Source: an uncultured Candidatus Saccharibacteria bacterium
GTDB taxonomy: Bacteria > Patescibacteriota > Minisyncoccia > Minisyncoccales > PWPS01
Assembly (NCBI GenBank): GCA_964507105.1
Contig: CAZDOR010000001.1
Span: forward strand, 4,722 to 68,721
Length of the DNA stretch: 64,000 nucleotides
Reading direction: 5' to 3'
This document shows, piece by piece, positions 1-10,726 of the stretch. How positions within the stretch are numbered: the first letter of the stretch is position 1; each line of letters begins with the position of its first letter. The notes under the pieces are model-generated. The model ran no database searches. It was given only the letters and a program-made list of their open reading frames with translations, and had not been told where the DNA came from. Made by a program: the position numbers and the translations under genes.

Positions 1-432
1 ATCATAACTTATTCCTCGTTCATTGAGATATTCTTTCGCCTTTTTTCCTTTTTTCGATTTTCGAAGTTGCGCCTGAAAAAACTTGGTAGCCAATTCACAT
101 ATATCGTACAGCTTTTCTCGTTTACTCGCTTTTTCGGGATCTCTTTTTTTTACTTCCACTCCCGCTTTTTTAGCCAAAATTCTCAGCGCTTCCGGAAATT
201 CGATTCCTTCCATCTTCATGACAAAATCAAACATATCTCCTCCTTCGGAACAACTTCCAAAGCATCTCCAAGTTTGACGAGAGGGAGAAACGAAAAACGA
301 AGGAGTTTTTTCCGCATGAAAAGGACAAAGGGCTCTCATGTTAGAGCCCACTTTTTCCAGCTCGACATATTCTTGGACTATATCAACAATATCAAGCCGA
401 GACTTTATCTCCTCAACTGTGTTGTCGGACAT
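1..432 (-). CDS. dnaG: DNA primase DnaG, N-terminal part (gene runs off window start)
   Basis: Reverse-strand translation from the ATG at 430-432 gives [82 protein letters not shown]..., the canonical DnaG zinc-binding CPFH...CFGC N-terminus. It is absent from the ORF track because no stop lies in the window. The listed + ORF 67-579 is its low-complexity antisense. Confidence 0.8.
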   Translation of the reverse strand, partial: MSDNTVEEIKSRLDIVDIVQEYVELEKVGSNMRALCPFHAEKTPSFFVSPSRQTWRCFGSCSEGGDMFDFVMKMEGIEFPEALRILAKKAGVEVKKRDPEKASKREKLYDICELATKFFQAQLRKSKKGKKAKEYLNERGISYD

Positions 433-583
433 ATCTTTTTCATTATAAAGAAAAATCGGTTTATTTTCAACCTGGAGTTAAAAAGTTTGACAACGCCCTC
501 CTTATCACTTAAAATTTCCCCAAACGAAGGTATTTACCCGCTGGAAATTTTTTGTTTCTTTTCAAGGGAAAATACCTAAAATT

Positions 584-1912
584 ATGAAAATTTTATTTTT
601 ATATGACTTTCCCCTATGGGGTAACGGGTCGGGCGCCTATCTGAGAAGCTTGGTAAAAGAATTGGTCAAAATGGATCATGAGGTGGGAATAATCGCTCCC
701 GAAGAGCGTCGTTTTTTAGAAAGTAAAATAAAACAATACAAAGTAGATGCTCCTCAAATTCCGGTATTCAACAGTCATCCGGAGTTAAAAGGAGCAAAAA
801 GATACTCCGAACTTTCACCCGGAGAAATAACCGAAATTTACGAGGCCTACTTGGAAACAACCATGGAGGCTATTTTTAATTTCGATCCGGACGTTTTACA
901 TGTTAACCATTTGGCACTTATCACTTGGCCCGCTCGTTACGTTTCCGCCTTGATGGATACGAAATACGTAATCACCGTGCATGGTAGTTGTTTAACCAAC
1001 GTCACCGAAAACAAACAATATTTTTCACTTACGGAAGACGCCGTAAGGGAGGCCAAAGCAATAACCATGGTCAGTAAAAGCACCAAAAAAAGATTCTTCG
1101 AACACTTCGATGAAAATATAGTTACCAGATCGAGAATTATTCCGGGCGGGGTTGACATTAGCAACTTTCCGAAAGAGATGGACGTCACCCACTTGGAAGA
1201 AAAGTATAACTTGAAAGAGAAAAAGGTTGTCTTTTTCGCCGGAAGGCTCAGCTCGGAAAAGGGAATGGAGTATCTGGTGAGAGCAGCGGACAAGATAGAC
1301 GGAGAAATATTCATAGCCGGAGAAGGGGCCATGAGAAAAGACTTGGAAAAAATAATAGCAAAAAACAACTTGGGAAACGTTCATCTACTCGGATATTTAC
1401 TTACAGAAGAGCTTATTCCATTTTATTACAGAGCCGACGTTTTTGTTTGCCCCTCGGTAGTAGCCGAGGCTTTCGGTTTAACAATAACCGAAGCAATGGC
1501 AGCAAGCACTCCGGTTATCGCAACCAAAAAGGGAGGAATTCCTTTACTGGTAAAAAATGAGAAGAACGGACTGTTCATCAAAGAAAAAGACGCCGATGAC
1601 ATAGCTAAAAAATGCAATAAAGTACTCCACAACGACGAAAAGAGAAAACAGATGGGCAAGCAAGCAAGAAAAGACATAGAAGAAAAATTCACCTGGAGAA
1701 AAGTTGCGGAAAGGTTCGAATTTCTATACAAGATAGTAACCGGTGAATATTACAGAGAAAGAAGAAAAAACGATAACGGAGCAAACAGTATCACCAGAAT
1801 GAAAAAAGCGGAACTAATTAAAAAAGCGAAAAAGAAAAAAATAGACTTCAACGAAGAAAAAGTAACGAGGAAAAAATTAATTAAAAAATTAAAAAATAAA
1901 CTTTCCGAATGA
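584..1912 (+). CDS. Glycosyltransferase family 4 (GT-B fold) with lysine-rich C-terminal tail
   Basis: Carries the C-terminal GT4 motif EAFGLTITEAMAASTPVIATKKGGIPLLV...NGLF. The stop overlaps the next start (ATGA at 1909-1912). Confidence 0.8.
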   Translation: MKILFLYDFPLWGNGSGAYLRSLVKELVKMDHEVGIIAPEERRFLESKIKQYKVDAPQIPVFNSHPELKGAKRYSELSPGEITEIYEAYLETTMEAIFNFDPDVLHVNHLALITWPARYVSALMDTKYVITVHGSCLTNVTENKQYFSLTEDAVREAKAITMVSKSTKKRFFEHFDENIVTRSRIIPGGVDISNFPKEMDVTHLEEKYNLKEKKVVFFAGRLSSEKGMEYLVRAADKIDGEIFIAGEGAMRKDLEKIIAKNNLGNVHLLGYLLTEELIPFYYRADVFVCPSVVAEAFGLTITEAMAASTPVIATKKGGIPLLVKNEKNGLFIKEKDADDIAKKCNKVLHNDEKRKQMGKQARKDIEEKFTWRKVAERFEFLYKIVTGEYYRERRKNDNGANSITRMKKAELIKKAKKKKIDFNEEKVTRKKLIKKLKNKLSE

Positions 1913-2508
1913 CCATAACCGTTCTGGGAGGAGGAATAACCGAAGACGAAAAGCTTCCCAAACAATCCATAAAAAGACTAAGAAAGGCGATCGAGCTTTT
2001 TAAGAAAAAGAAGGCCGATCGCTTTTTAGTTTGCGGAAAATACAGTTTTCTTTATGGGGATAAAGCTCCAAAAACAACGGAGGCCGACCTAATGAAAAAG
2101 TTTTTACTTTCCAAACAAATAGAAGAAAAAAAGATTTTCACCGAAAAAAAATCAATGGACACTATAAGTAATGCCTATTTCGCAAAAACCGAATATTTTT
2201 TGCCCGAAGACGAAAAAGAGGCAATTATAGTGACTTCCGATTATCACGTGAAAAGAGTAAAATATATTTTTGAAAAAATCTTCGGCCCGGAATTTAATTT
2301 GGGCTTCACTGGAGTTAGTGCTAATATTAAAAACAAGGAGCGACTTAAGCAGAGACAACAAAAGCTATTAAAAGAAGCTAAAAAAATGACCCGGGAGATG
2401 AAAGACGGTGATCATGAATTTTTTAAGGGTAAATTTTTCAATATGGATTATTATCGCAAAAAAAGGGAACAATGGATTAAAAATTTAACCGCTAAAGGAG
2501 ATGAATAA
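1909..2508 (+). CDS. DUF218 / YdcF-ElyC-SanA family protein
   Basis: VLGGG...RFLVCG...VTSDYHVKR pattern typical of DUF218. Overlaps both neighbouring genes. Confidence 0.55.
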   Translation: MTITVLGGGITEDEKLPKQSIKRLRKAIELFKKKKADRFLVCGKYSFLYGDKAPKTTEADLMKKFLLSKQIEEKKIFTEKKSMDTISNAYFAKTEYFLPEDEKEAIIVTSDYHVKRVKYIFEKIFGPEFNLGFTGVSANIKNKERLKQRQQKLLKEAKKMTREMKDGDHEFFKGKFFNMDYYRKKREQWIKNLTAKGDE

Positions 2509-3490
2509 AATTTCAGTAATTATTCCGACTTACAAAAGAAAAAAGCAAGTAATAAGAACCCTGAATCACCTATTTCAATCGAAAGGATTAGGTGACGAAT
2601 TTAAAATGGAGGTGATAATTTCTGACTGCACTGAAGATGGTTCGGTAAAAAAAGAGATAGAAAAGAACTTCGGAGATAAAGTAATCTACACCCGGCCCGA
2701 AAAGCCGGGGGTGGCCAGCAATAAAAATCAAGGAGCAAAAATAGCTAAAAATCCCATTTTAATCTTTGCCGATTCCGATATGGAAGTTGAAAAAGAGACC
2801 TTGCTTTCCTGTATTGATTACTTAAAAAAACACCCGCATGTAGCCGCTCTTACTACAAATATAATCTGGAGAGGTAATAAAAATGAAGGAGATCCGGATA
2901 GACCCAGAAATGAGGACAGACTACTTAATTATAAAGATACCGACTTCACGGAATTTATATACTCCAGATTTAAAGTTACTTATAAAGAAGTTTTTGAAAA
3001 GGTGGGTGGTTATGATGAAGAAGTCTTCAATATACGAGGAGAAGGTTCCGATCTTTCTACTCGTTACTGGAGAGCCGGTTTTCCTCTCGCCTATAATTTC
3101 GAAACCAAAGTTCATCATCACGAAATCGATGAGGGAATCGGATCAACTGCAAAAAATCCGGAATGGGGAGTTGCCAAGGACTATCTTTTATTAGGTTATA
3201 AGTACGATAACTACGAAAAAGAATCCAATTATTTTGCAAAAACGATAAGTGAAAACATGAAAAACTATGACCATGATAAAAGCCACTTTCGTATCTTGCA
3301 AGGAATAGCTAAAAATTACAAGCTCGTATCCGAATCTAAAAAAATAATCGATAAACAGAAGGAAGAAATGAATCCAAAGTTCAATTTCAATTTTATGGAA
3401 GTATTTTCCGATAAAGAAAAACTTAAAAACTGCATAGACGAAGCGGAAGAAAAACTAAAACCAATAAAAAATAAGTCCTTAAAAATATGA
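2501..3490 (+). CDS. Glycosyltransferase family 2
   Basis: VIIPTYKR N-terminus and a D-x-D-like ADSDME motif. The stop overlaps the next start (ATGA at 3487-3490). Confidence 0.7.
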   Translation: MNKISVIIPTYKRKKQVIRTLNHLFQSKGLGDEFKMEVIISDCTEDGSVKKEIEKNFGDKVIYTRPEKPGVASNKNQGAKIAKNPILIFADSDMEVEKETLLSCIDYLKKHPHVAALTTNIIWRGNKNEGDPDRPRNEDRLLNYKDTDFTEFIYSRFKVTYKEVFEKVGGYDEEVFNIRGEGSDLSTRYWRAGFPLAYNFETKVHHHEIDEGIGSTAKNPEWGVAKDYLLLGYKYDNYEKESNYFAKTISENMKNYDHDKSHFRILQGIAKNYKLVSESKKIIDKQKEEMNPKFNFNFMEVFSDKEKLKNCIDEAEEKLKPIKNKSLKI

Positions 3491-4530
3491 AAAAACTAAA
3501 AATAGCTCAATTGGTTCTTCCCTGGATTCCTCTTCCACCACCGGAATATGCGGGAACCGAATGGGTTGTTTACAGCTTAACTGAAGAGTTGGTAAAAAGA
3601 GGACACGAAGTAACCTTGTTTTCAGTCGGAAAATCACAAACATCGGCTAATCTTGACTACGTATTCAAAGAACCGTTCGGCCTTCAAGATGACGTAATGA
3701 AAACAATCAAGGGTTCTTTTAAGCCTTGGCGGCATGTTGCTCATTGCTTTAGTCAAGCAGAAAAATTCGACATAATACATTCTCACGCACAGTTCAATGC
3801 TCTTCCTTTTGCAGATGTTGTCGAAACTCCCACCTTGAACACTTTCCATCGCGTATATGAATTCGAAGATGAAGACGAAAAAGAGCTTGTTGAAAATTAC
3901 AGTCACTTAAATTACGCTTCAATAAGTAATTCTCAAAGAGCTTTGGATCTTAATTTCGTGGGAACAGTCTATAACGGAATTCCAACTGAAAAATTCAGCT
4001 TCGAAGAAGAAAAGGAGGATTTTTTGCTTTGGGTCGGAAGAGTCGTAGATAAAAAAGGTCCGAAAGAGGCAATATTGACAGCGAAAAAATTAGGAGAAAA
4101 GTTAATAATGATAGGAAAAAATACTCGTCCAAAATACTTCGATCGAGAGATAAAACCACTAATTGATGGAAAGCAAATTAAATTTTTAGGTAGTATGCCT
4201 CAAAATAAATTGGTAAAATACTATCAAAAGGCAAGAGCCTTCATATTCCCAATAAAGTGGAATGAGCCCTTCGGTTTGGTTCCGGTAGAAGCTATGAGTT
4301 GCGGAACACCCGTTATCGCCTACAAAAACGGTGGTGTTGCCGAGACTGTCATATCGGGGAAAACCGGGGTTCTGGTAAATCAATCAAAGGGAGTAGATGG
4401 ATTAGCGGAAGGATTTAAGTCCATAAAAAAAATAAAACCCTCCGACTGTCGTAACCACATAGAGAATAACTTTACCGTATCCGAAATGACAAAAGAATAT
4501 GAAAAAATTTATAAAAAGTTAATAAATTAA
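3487..4530 (+). CDS. Glycosyltransferase family 4
   Basis: EPFGLVPVEAMSCGTPVIAYKNGGVAETV GT4 motif. Confidence 0.8.
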   Translation: MKKLKIAQLVLPWIPLPPPEYAGTEWVVYSLTEELVKRGHEVTLFSVGKSQTSANLDYVFKEPFGLQDDVMKTIKGSFKPWRHVAHCFSQAEKFDIIHSHAQFNALPFADVVETPTLNTFHRVYEFEDEDEKELVENYSHLNYASISNSQRALDLNFVGTVYNGIPTEKFSFEEEKEDFLLWVGRVVDKKGPKEAILTAKKLGEKLIMIGKNTRPKYFDREIKPLIDGKQIKFLGSMPQNKLVKYYQKARAFIFPIKWNEPFGLVPVEAMSCGTPVIAYKNGGVAETVISGKTGVLVNQSKGVDGLAEGFKSIKKIKPSDCRNHIENNFTVSEMTKEYEKIYKKLIN

Positions 4531-4546
4531 GGAAAGAAAAATAGTT

Positions 4547-6214
4547 ATGCCAAAAAAGAAGCGGGAAAAATTAAGTTTGGTCTTTTTTCCGATGATCTAT
4601 GTAGAGAAAGTAAAATCAATTGCAACTTTCAGCTTTCCTTCCTTTTTTGTCAAAAACCTACTCGAAAAAGAAAATATCAACAGCAAAGTCATAAATATTT
4701 GGGAAGAAACACGAAAGAAAAATATAGACATTGATTCCGACCCTTATGAGAAAATAGCAGATTTTATTTTGGAAAAAGGAGCCGACCGAATAGGTTTTAC
4801 CACGATGGGAAACAATCACATATACGTTTTGCTTTTATCTCAAAAAATAAAGCAAAAAAACCCGGAAACGACGATATTTCTCGGAGGCCCTCACGCCTCA
4901 ATAGTAGATAAAGAGACTTTGGAAAAGTTCTCCTGTATAGACTTTATCTGTCGCGGAGAAGCGGAAAGAGTGGTTCCTCACTTAGCCGACTATTTCAGGG
5001 GAAAAGAAAAATTGGAAAACATACCCAACCTCACCTATCGAAAAGATGGAAGAGTGGTCAGAAACGAAAGTGCGGAGCTAATCAAGGGAGAAGAGATTCC
5101 GTCGATAGTTTATGAAAAAGAAACGGTCGATAAAATTGAAGAAAGTTCGGGAAAACGAAGTATTTTCTTAGAGGGCGGAAGAGGGTGTGTGGGAAATTGT
5201 ACTTTTTGTTCAACTTCGAATTTTTGGGAAAAAAAATACAGGCGAAAACCGACTGACAAATTTATTAGAGAAATTAAAAAAAACATAGCTCAGACAGGAG
5301 TGAATGCAGTAAAAATGACTCATGATAATTTTGCATTTGATAAAGAAAAATTAAAATCTTTTTGCAAGGAGATAAGAAATATAGATGTAGAGTGGGCTTG
5401 TCTTTCACGAGCGGACTCGCTGGATAAAGAAATAATAAAATTAATGAATGAATCGGGCTGTCATTTAATTCACATCGGAGTGGAAAGTGGAGATCAAGAA
5501 ATGCAAAGAATAATCAGGAAAAATATAAACCTGGAAAAGATGGATAAAATGATAGATTACATCCATAAAAATACGGATATACATATGATCGCCTCATTTG
5601 TAATCGGGCTGCCCGGGGAAGATTCAAGATCTCTTCTGAGAACGTTGAAAAAAGCTTTTGAAATTAGAAATAAATGCGGCAAGGGTTCTGCCCAAATTTA
5701 TAATTTAATACCCAGATCGGGCTCTCATACACTCAAAAAAAATAAAGATAAGTTAATTTTTGATGAGACTATCTACACCCAATCCCAAGACTCTTCCCCT
5801 CTGAAGCTGAAGCAAGAATTAGAGTTGATACGAAATAATCCGGATCTTTTCCATTATTTTTATCGCTTCAGCTGGGACGAGTTCAACATATTCTTTTTCG
5901 AGGCAGTAAAGTTAATATTTCGAACATTGCGTTTTTGCCCGAAAACTACTCATTCTTGGTTAAGTTCTTTTTCCGATTCCGAAGGAGAGGGGTTTATTGA
6001 ATCTCTGGGAGAGATAATGGATTGGAAAGATCCTCGAAAACCAACAAAAGAGGAGTTTAAAAAAATACTGGGATCAAAAAACGAGGTGGTTGACCAAGCT
6101 CATATCTTTAATATTTTTTCAGAATACTTTGAAAAAGAATCCAAGGAAATATCAAAAATATTGGAAGAAGAAAAAAACAAAATTATTGGAAGAAGATCGC
6201 AGTTTTCAATTTGA
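4547..6214 (+). CDS. B12-binding domain radical SAM protein (paralog 1)
   Basis: N-terminal cobalamin-binding Rossmann segment (RIGFTTMGNNH...TTIFLGGPHAS) followed by the radical-SAM cluster motif GCVGNCTFC (CxxxCxxC). Confidence 0.75.
   Translation: MPKKKREKLSLVFFPMIYVEKVKSIATFSFPSFFVKNLLEKENINSKVINIWEETRKKNIDIDSDPYEKIADFILEKGADRIGFTTMGNNHIYVLLLSQKIKQKNPETTIFLGGPHASIVDKETLEKFSCIDFICRGEAERVVPHLADYFRGKEKLENIPNLTYRKDGRVVRNESAELIKGEEIPSIVYEKETVDKIEESSGKRSIFLEGGRGCVGNCTFCSTSNFWEKKYRRKPTDKFIREIKKNIAQTGVNAVKMTHDNFAFDKEKLKSFCKEIRNIDVEWACLSRADSLDKEIIKLMNESGCHLIHIGVESGDQEMQRIIRKNINLEKMDKMIDYIHKNTDIHMIASFVIGLPGEDSRSLLRTLKKAFEIRNKCGKGSAQIYNLIPRSGSHTLKKNKDKLIFDETIYTQSQDSSPLKLKQELELIRNNPDLFHYFYRFSWDEFNIFFFEAVKLIFRTLRFCPKTTHSWLSSFSDSEGEGFIESLGEIMDWKDPRKPTKEEFKKILGSKNEVVDQAHIFNIFSEYFEKESKEISKILEEEKNKIIGRRSQFSI
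4861..5227 (+). repeat. 367-bp perfect direct repeat, copy 1 (inside radical SAM paralog 1)
   Basis: Nucleotide-identical to 6494-6860. It encodes PETTIFLGGPHAS...GRGCVGNCTFCSTSNFW in both paralogs, while flanking coding sequence is diverged. Confidence 0.9.
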
Positions 6215-6215
6215 T

Positions 6216-7844
6216 ATGTCTATCAAACATAAAAATAATTTAACTTTAATAGAAATTATTCCTAAAACTAAATTTTGGGCTTCCTTGGCCTTGCTGGTTT
6301 TAAAAAAAGAGTTCAAAAAGTACGGAATCAATACTGAAATTTTTAGAATCTCCAAATTGGATGAAGATAATATCACATATGAAAAGTTAGCATCTCAGAT
6401 AATCAAGAAAAATCCTCACCATATAGGATTTTCCTCGCCCGGATCAATTTATGTAAATATTATCCTTTTATCAAAAGAGATTAAAAAACAATCCCCGGAA
6501 ACGACGATATTTCTCGGAGGCCCTCACGCCTCAATAGTAGATAAAGAGACTTTGGAAAAGTTCTCCTGTATAGACTTTATCTGTCGCGGAGAAGCGGAAA
6601 GAGTGGTTCCTCACTTAGCCGACTATTTCAGGGGAAAAGAAAAATTGGAAAACATACCCAACCTCACCTATCGAAAAGATGGAAGAGTGGTCAGAAACGA
6701 AAGTGCGGAGCTAATCAAGGGAGAAGAGATTCCGTCGATAGTTTATGAAAAAGAAACGGTCGATAAAATTGAAGAAAGTTCGGGAAAACGAAGTATTTTC
6801 TTAGAGGGCGGAAGAGGGTGTGTGGGAAATTGTACTTTTTGTTCAACTTCGAATTTTTGGAAAAAGAAGTGCAGAAACAAACCAATCAACGATCTCATTA
6901 AAGAAATTAAACAAAATGTTAATCAGGTAAAAGCAGAAAGAGTAGATATGATTCATGATAATTTTGCATCTGATAGAAAAAAACTGAAAAAATTTTGTAA
7001 AAAAATAAAAAAAATGGGCGTGAAATGGTCTTGTTCCTCTCGAATAGATATATTGAATGAAAAAGTAATAAAATCAATGGATAGGTCGGGATGTTATCAG
7101 ATTTGTTCCGGAATAGAGAGCTGGGATAAAGAAATTCAAAAAAAGATAAAGAAAAATATAAACCTTGAAAGAGCTGAAAAGTTAATAGATTATACCATCA
7201 AAAACACCGAAATAAATCTGAAAATACCTTTCATTGTCGGATTTCCTTTTGAGACCCCTAAATCACTGAAAAGTACAATGGAAAAGTATTTTGAACTCGC
7301 TACCGTTTTAAAAAGAAAAGAGAACGCCATAATGGCCTCCTTAGAAGCTCAAGCGGGATCCGAACTGTATAAAACAAAAAAAGTATTTAATGAAAAAATA
7401 GAAAAGTTTTCCCGCCTGACGAAACAAACCAGATTTTGCTTCAATCCAGAAAAAGAAAAAAAACTAATTAGAGAAAATGAAAACCTCTTCGGTCATCACT
7501 ACAAATTTGAATCAAAAATCTTTAATCCACTTTTTTTTGAATCGGTACAATTTATTTGCGACCTTCTTAATCGTTATTTTCCAAAAACAACCTATCTTTG
7601 GATTAATTCATTTCCGGGAACAGGTGAAGAGTTTATTGAAGCCTTCGGAAGTGTCATGAATTGGAAAAACCCCTACAAACCTAAAGAAAGAGAAGTTGAA
7701 AACATTATTCAAGCGGATACCCAAAAGTTAATTTTTACTTTTATTGAACATTTTAAAAATTGCGGCGGACAAATTAAAAAAGAAATCTTGAGGGAGGAAG
7801 TAGAAATAATTAAAAAAAATAGGAATCGTTCAAAGGTGCGGTGA
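6216..7844 (+). CDS. B12-binding domain radical SAM protein (paralog 2)
   Basis: Same architecture as 4547-6214. The ORF track starts it at 6090 inside the upstream gene; the in-frame ATG at 6216 directly follows the upstream TGA. Its 3' end overlaps tRNA-Ser by about 6 nt. Confidence 0.75.
   Translation: MSIKHKNNLTLIEIIPKTKFWASLALLVLKKEFKKYGINTEIFRISKLDEDNITYEKLASQIIKKNPHHIGFSSPGSIYVNIILLSKEIKKQSPETTIFLGGPHASIVDKETLEKFSCIDFICRGEAERVVPHLADYFRGKEKLENIPNLTYRKDGRVVRNESAELIKGEEIPSIVYEKETVDKIEESSGKRSIFLEGGRGCVGNCTFCSTSNFWKKKCRNKPINDLIKEIKQNVNQVKAERVDMIHDNFASDRKKLKKFCKKIKKMGVKWSCSSRIDILNEKVIKSMDRSGCYQICSGIESWDKEIQKKIKKNINLERAEKLIDYTIKNTEINLKIPFIVGFPFETPKSLKSTMEKYFELATVLKRKENAIMASLEAQAGSELYKTKKVFNEKIEKFSRLTKQTRFCFNPEKEKKLIRENENLFGHHYKFESKIFNPLFFESVQFICDLLNRYFPKTTYLWINSFPGTGEEFIEAFGSVMNWKNPYKPKEREVENIIQADTQKLIFTFIEHFKNCGGQIKKEILREEVEIIKKNRNRSKVR
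6494..6860 (+). repeat. 367-bp perfect direct repeat, copy 2 (inside radical SAM paralog 2)
   Basis: Identical to 4861-5227. Confidence 0.9.
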
Positions 7845-7925
7845 GGGTGGGATTCGAACCCACGGTACCCGTGAGGGCACACCTGCACTCCAAGCAGGCG
7901 CCTTCGACCACTCAGCCACCTCACC
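7839..7925 (-). tRNA. tRNA-Ser (anticodon GGA), type II with long variable arm
   Basis: Reverse complement GGTGAGGTGGCTGAGTGG...CCTGC-TTGGAGT-GCAGG...GGGTTCGAATCCCACCCTCACCG forms a cloverleaf with a 7-bp acceptor stem and TTCGAAT T-loop. Confidence 0.85.
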
Positions 7926-7934
7926 AAATTTCAA

Positions 7935-8471
7935 TTAACTTCGAGGTAAATTAGATATTATTTCCGATAAAACCGGATGTTTAGCGGAAATTTTGTTTCT
8001 CAAAAGTCCAACAACGGTAACGACATCGGAAACTTCGTCCTGCAAGCTTTCCGGACCGGTAAAAATTTCCGCCGTTTCTTCCAAAAGAGAGTTTAAATAA
8101 TCATCCATTATTTTTCGATTCGCTTCTTTGTTAAGATAGTCAATCAGCTTTTTAAACTCTCCTCTGTCAAGCCAAATTCCCTGACAAAGATTACAGACAT
8201 CGACTTTTATATTCGAGTCACCGTAGTTTATCTCATACATTGGCACCTCACAAGCCGGACATTCTTTTCCTTCTTCTGAAATTCGAAATTTCTCTTTTTG
8301 GCTCCATAAATCAACATCCAGCCAATCAAGGTTACTTTGCTTGGTATCTTTGGCTATTCTCAATTCATTTTTTTCAAACCAAACCCCCAAACCTTGCGGA
8401 CAATAATCCACTTCGGTGTTATAAAAAACAGCACTCTTTAGTTTTTGGTCTTTATGTATCGGGCATTTCAT
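7935..8471 (-). CDS. Tandem TFIIB-type zinc-ribbon (zf-TFIIB / YfgJ-like) protein, function unknown
   Basis: Two repeats of a CPxH/CPxC ... CxxCxGxWxDxGE pattern (CPIH...CPQGLGVWFEKNEL and CPACE...CNLCQGIWLDRGEF). Confidence 0.5.
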   Translation of the reverse strand: MKCPIHKDQKLKSAVFYNTEVDYCPQGLGVWFEKNELRIAKDTKQSNLDWLDVDLWSQKEKFRISEEGKECPACEVPMYEINYGDSNIKVDVCNLCQGIWLDRGEFKKLIDYLNKEANRKIMDDYLNSLLEETAEIFTGPESLQDEVSDVVTVVGLLRNKISAKHPVLSEIISNLPRS

Positions 8472-8515
8472 AAGTTAATTATATGATAAATTATTTTCAA
8501 CTATTTTTCAAATGA

Positions 8516-8541
8516 AAAACCCCCATGATAGGGGGTTTTTG
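8516..8541 (-). terminator. Rho-independent terminator downstream of groEL
   Basis: Hairpin aaaaaccccc-atgata-gggggttttt with flanking T/A runs. Confidence 0.5.
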
Positions 8542-8567
8542 CGTCAGCGTGGAGGTTTGAAATCAAA

Positions 8568-10235
<1,668 letters not shown>

Positions 10236-10271
10236 TTACTTCGAGCCTTTCAAGCTCTTGGTAAAGATCAA

Positions 10272-10565
10272 TTAATTTTCAACAATAGCTAAAACGTCTT
10301 CTTCCTTTGCGATTAAATATTCCTCATCATTCATTTTTATTTCATTGGGTCCGTACTTGGTGAAAATGACCTCGTCCCCTTTCTCCAGTTCAATCTTCAC
10401 TCTATCTCCGTCTTCATTTCTTTTTCCCGGACCTACCGCAACAACTCGACCTCTCTCCGGCTTGCTTTCGCCGGCAGAATCGGGAAGGAGTATGCCTCCT
10501 TCGGTTTTTTCTTCTCTTTTTTTCGGCTTGATAACTACATTATCGGCAAGTGGTTTTAAATTCAT
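10272..10565 (-). CDS. groS: Co-chaperonin GroES (Hsp10)
   Basis: 97-aa protein MNLKPLADNVVIKP...GGILLP...VAVGPG sitting immediately upstream of groEL. Confidence 0.95.
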   Translation of the reverse strand: MNLKPLADNVVIKPKKREEKTEGGILLPDSAGESKPERGRVVAVGPGKRNEDGDRVKIELEKGDEVIFTKYGPNEIKMNDEEYLIAKEEDVLAIVEN

Positions 10566-10608
10566 AATTTTCTATTTATTAATTTAATTAACTTATATAG
10601 ACGACCTT

Positions 10609-10635
10609 TTAGCAGAGTAAAACTCTAAGTGCTAA
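10609..10635 (-). promoter_or_regulatory. CIRCE-like inverted repeat (putative HrcA operator) upstream of groES
   Basis: TTAGCAGAG-TAAAACTCT-AAGTGCTAA, a 9+9+9 element with TTAGCA/TGCTAA arms (compare the CIRCE consensus TTAGCACTC-N9-GAGTGCTAA). It lies about 45 nt upstream of the groES start. Confidence 0.45.
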
Positions 10636-10726
10636 CAATATTATTATCAATATATTTTCTATTGTCAAGACCTTTTTTGGGTTTATTTATTTGTCATAAA
10701 CTTTCAATATGGTAGAATGAGTTAGA

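Noticed and set aside
67-579. 170-aa + strand ORF (and nested 83-277) at the window start
   Set aside because: It is low-complexity sequence (F/S/R-rich) and is the antisense of a clear dnaG N-terminus on the minus strand, whose zinc-finger motif is unmistakable.
6090-6215. Upstream extension of the second radical-SAM ORF (start at 6090)
   Set aside because: The extension lies entirely inside the 3' end of the first radical-SAM gene. The in-frame ATG at 6216 directly follows that gene's TGA and matches the paralog's N-terminal region.
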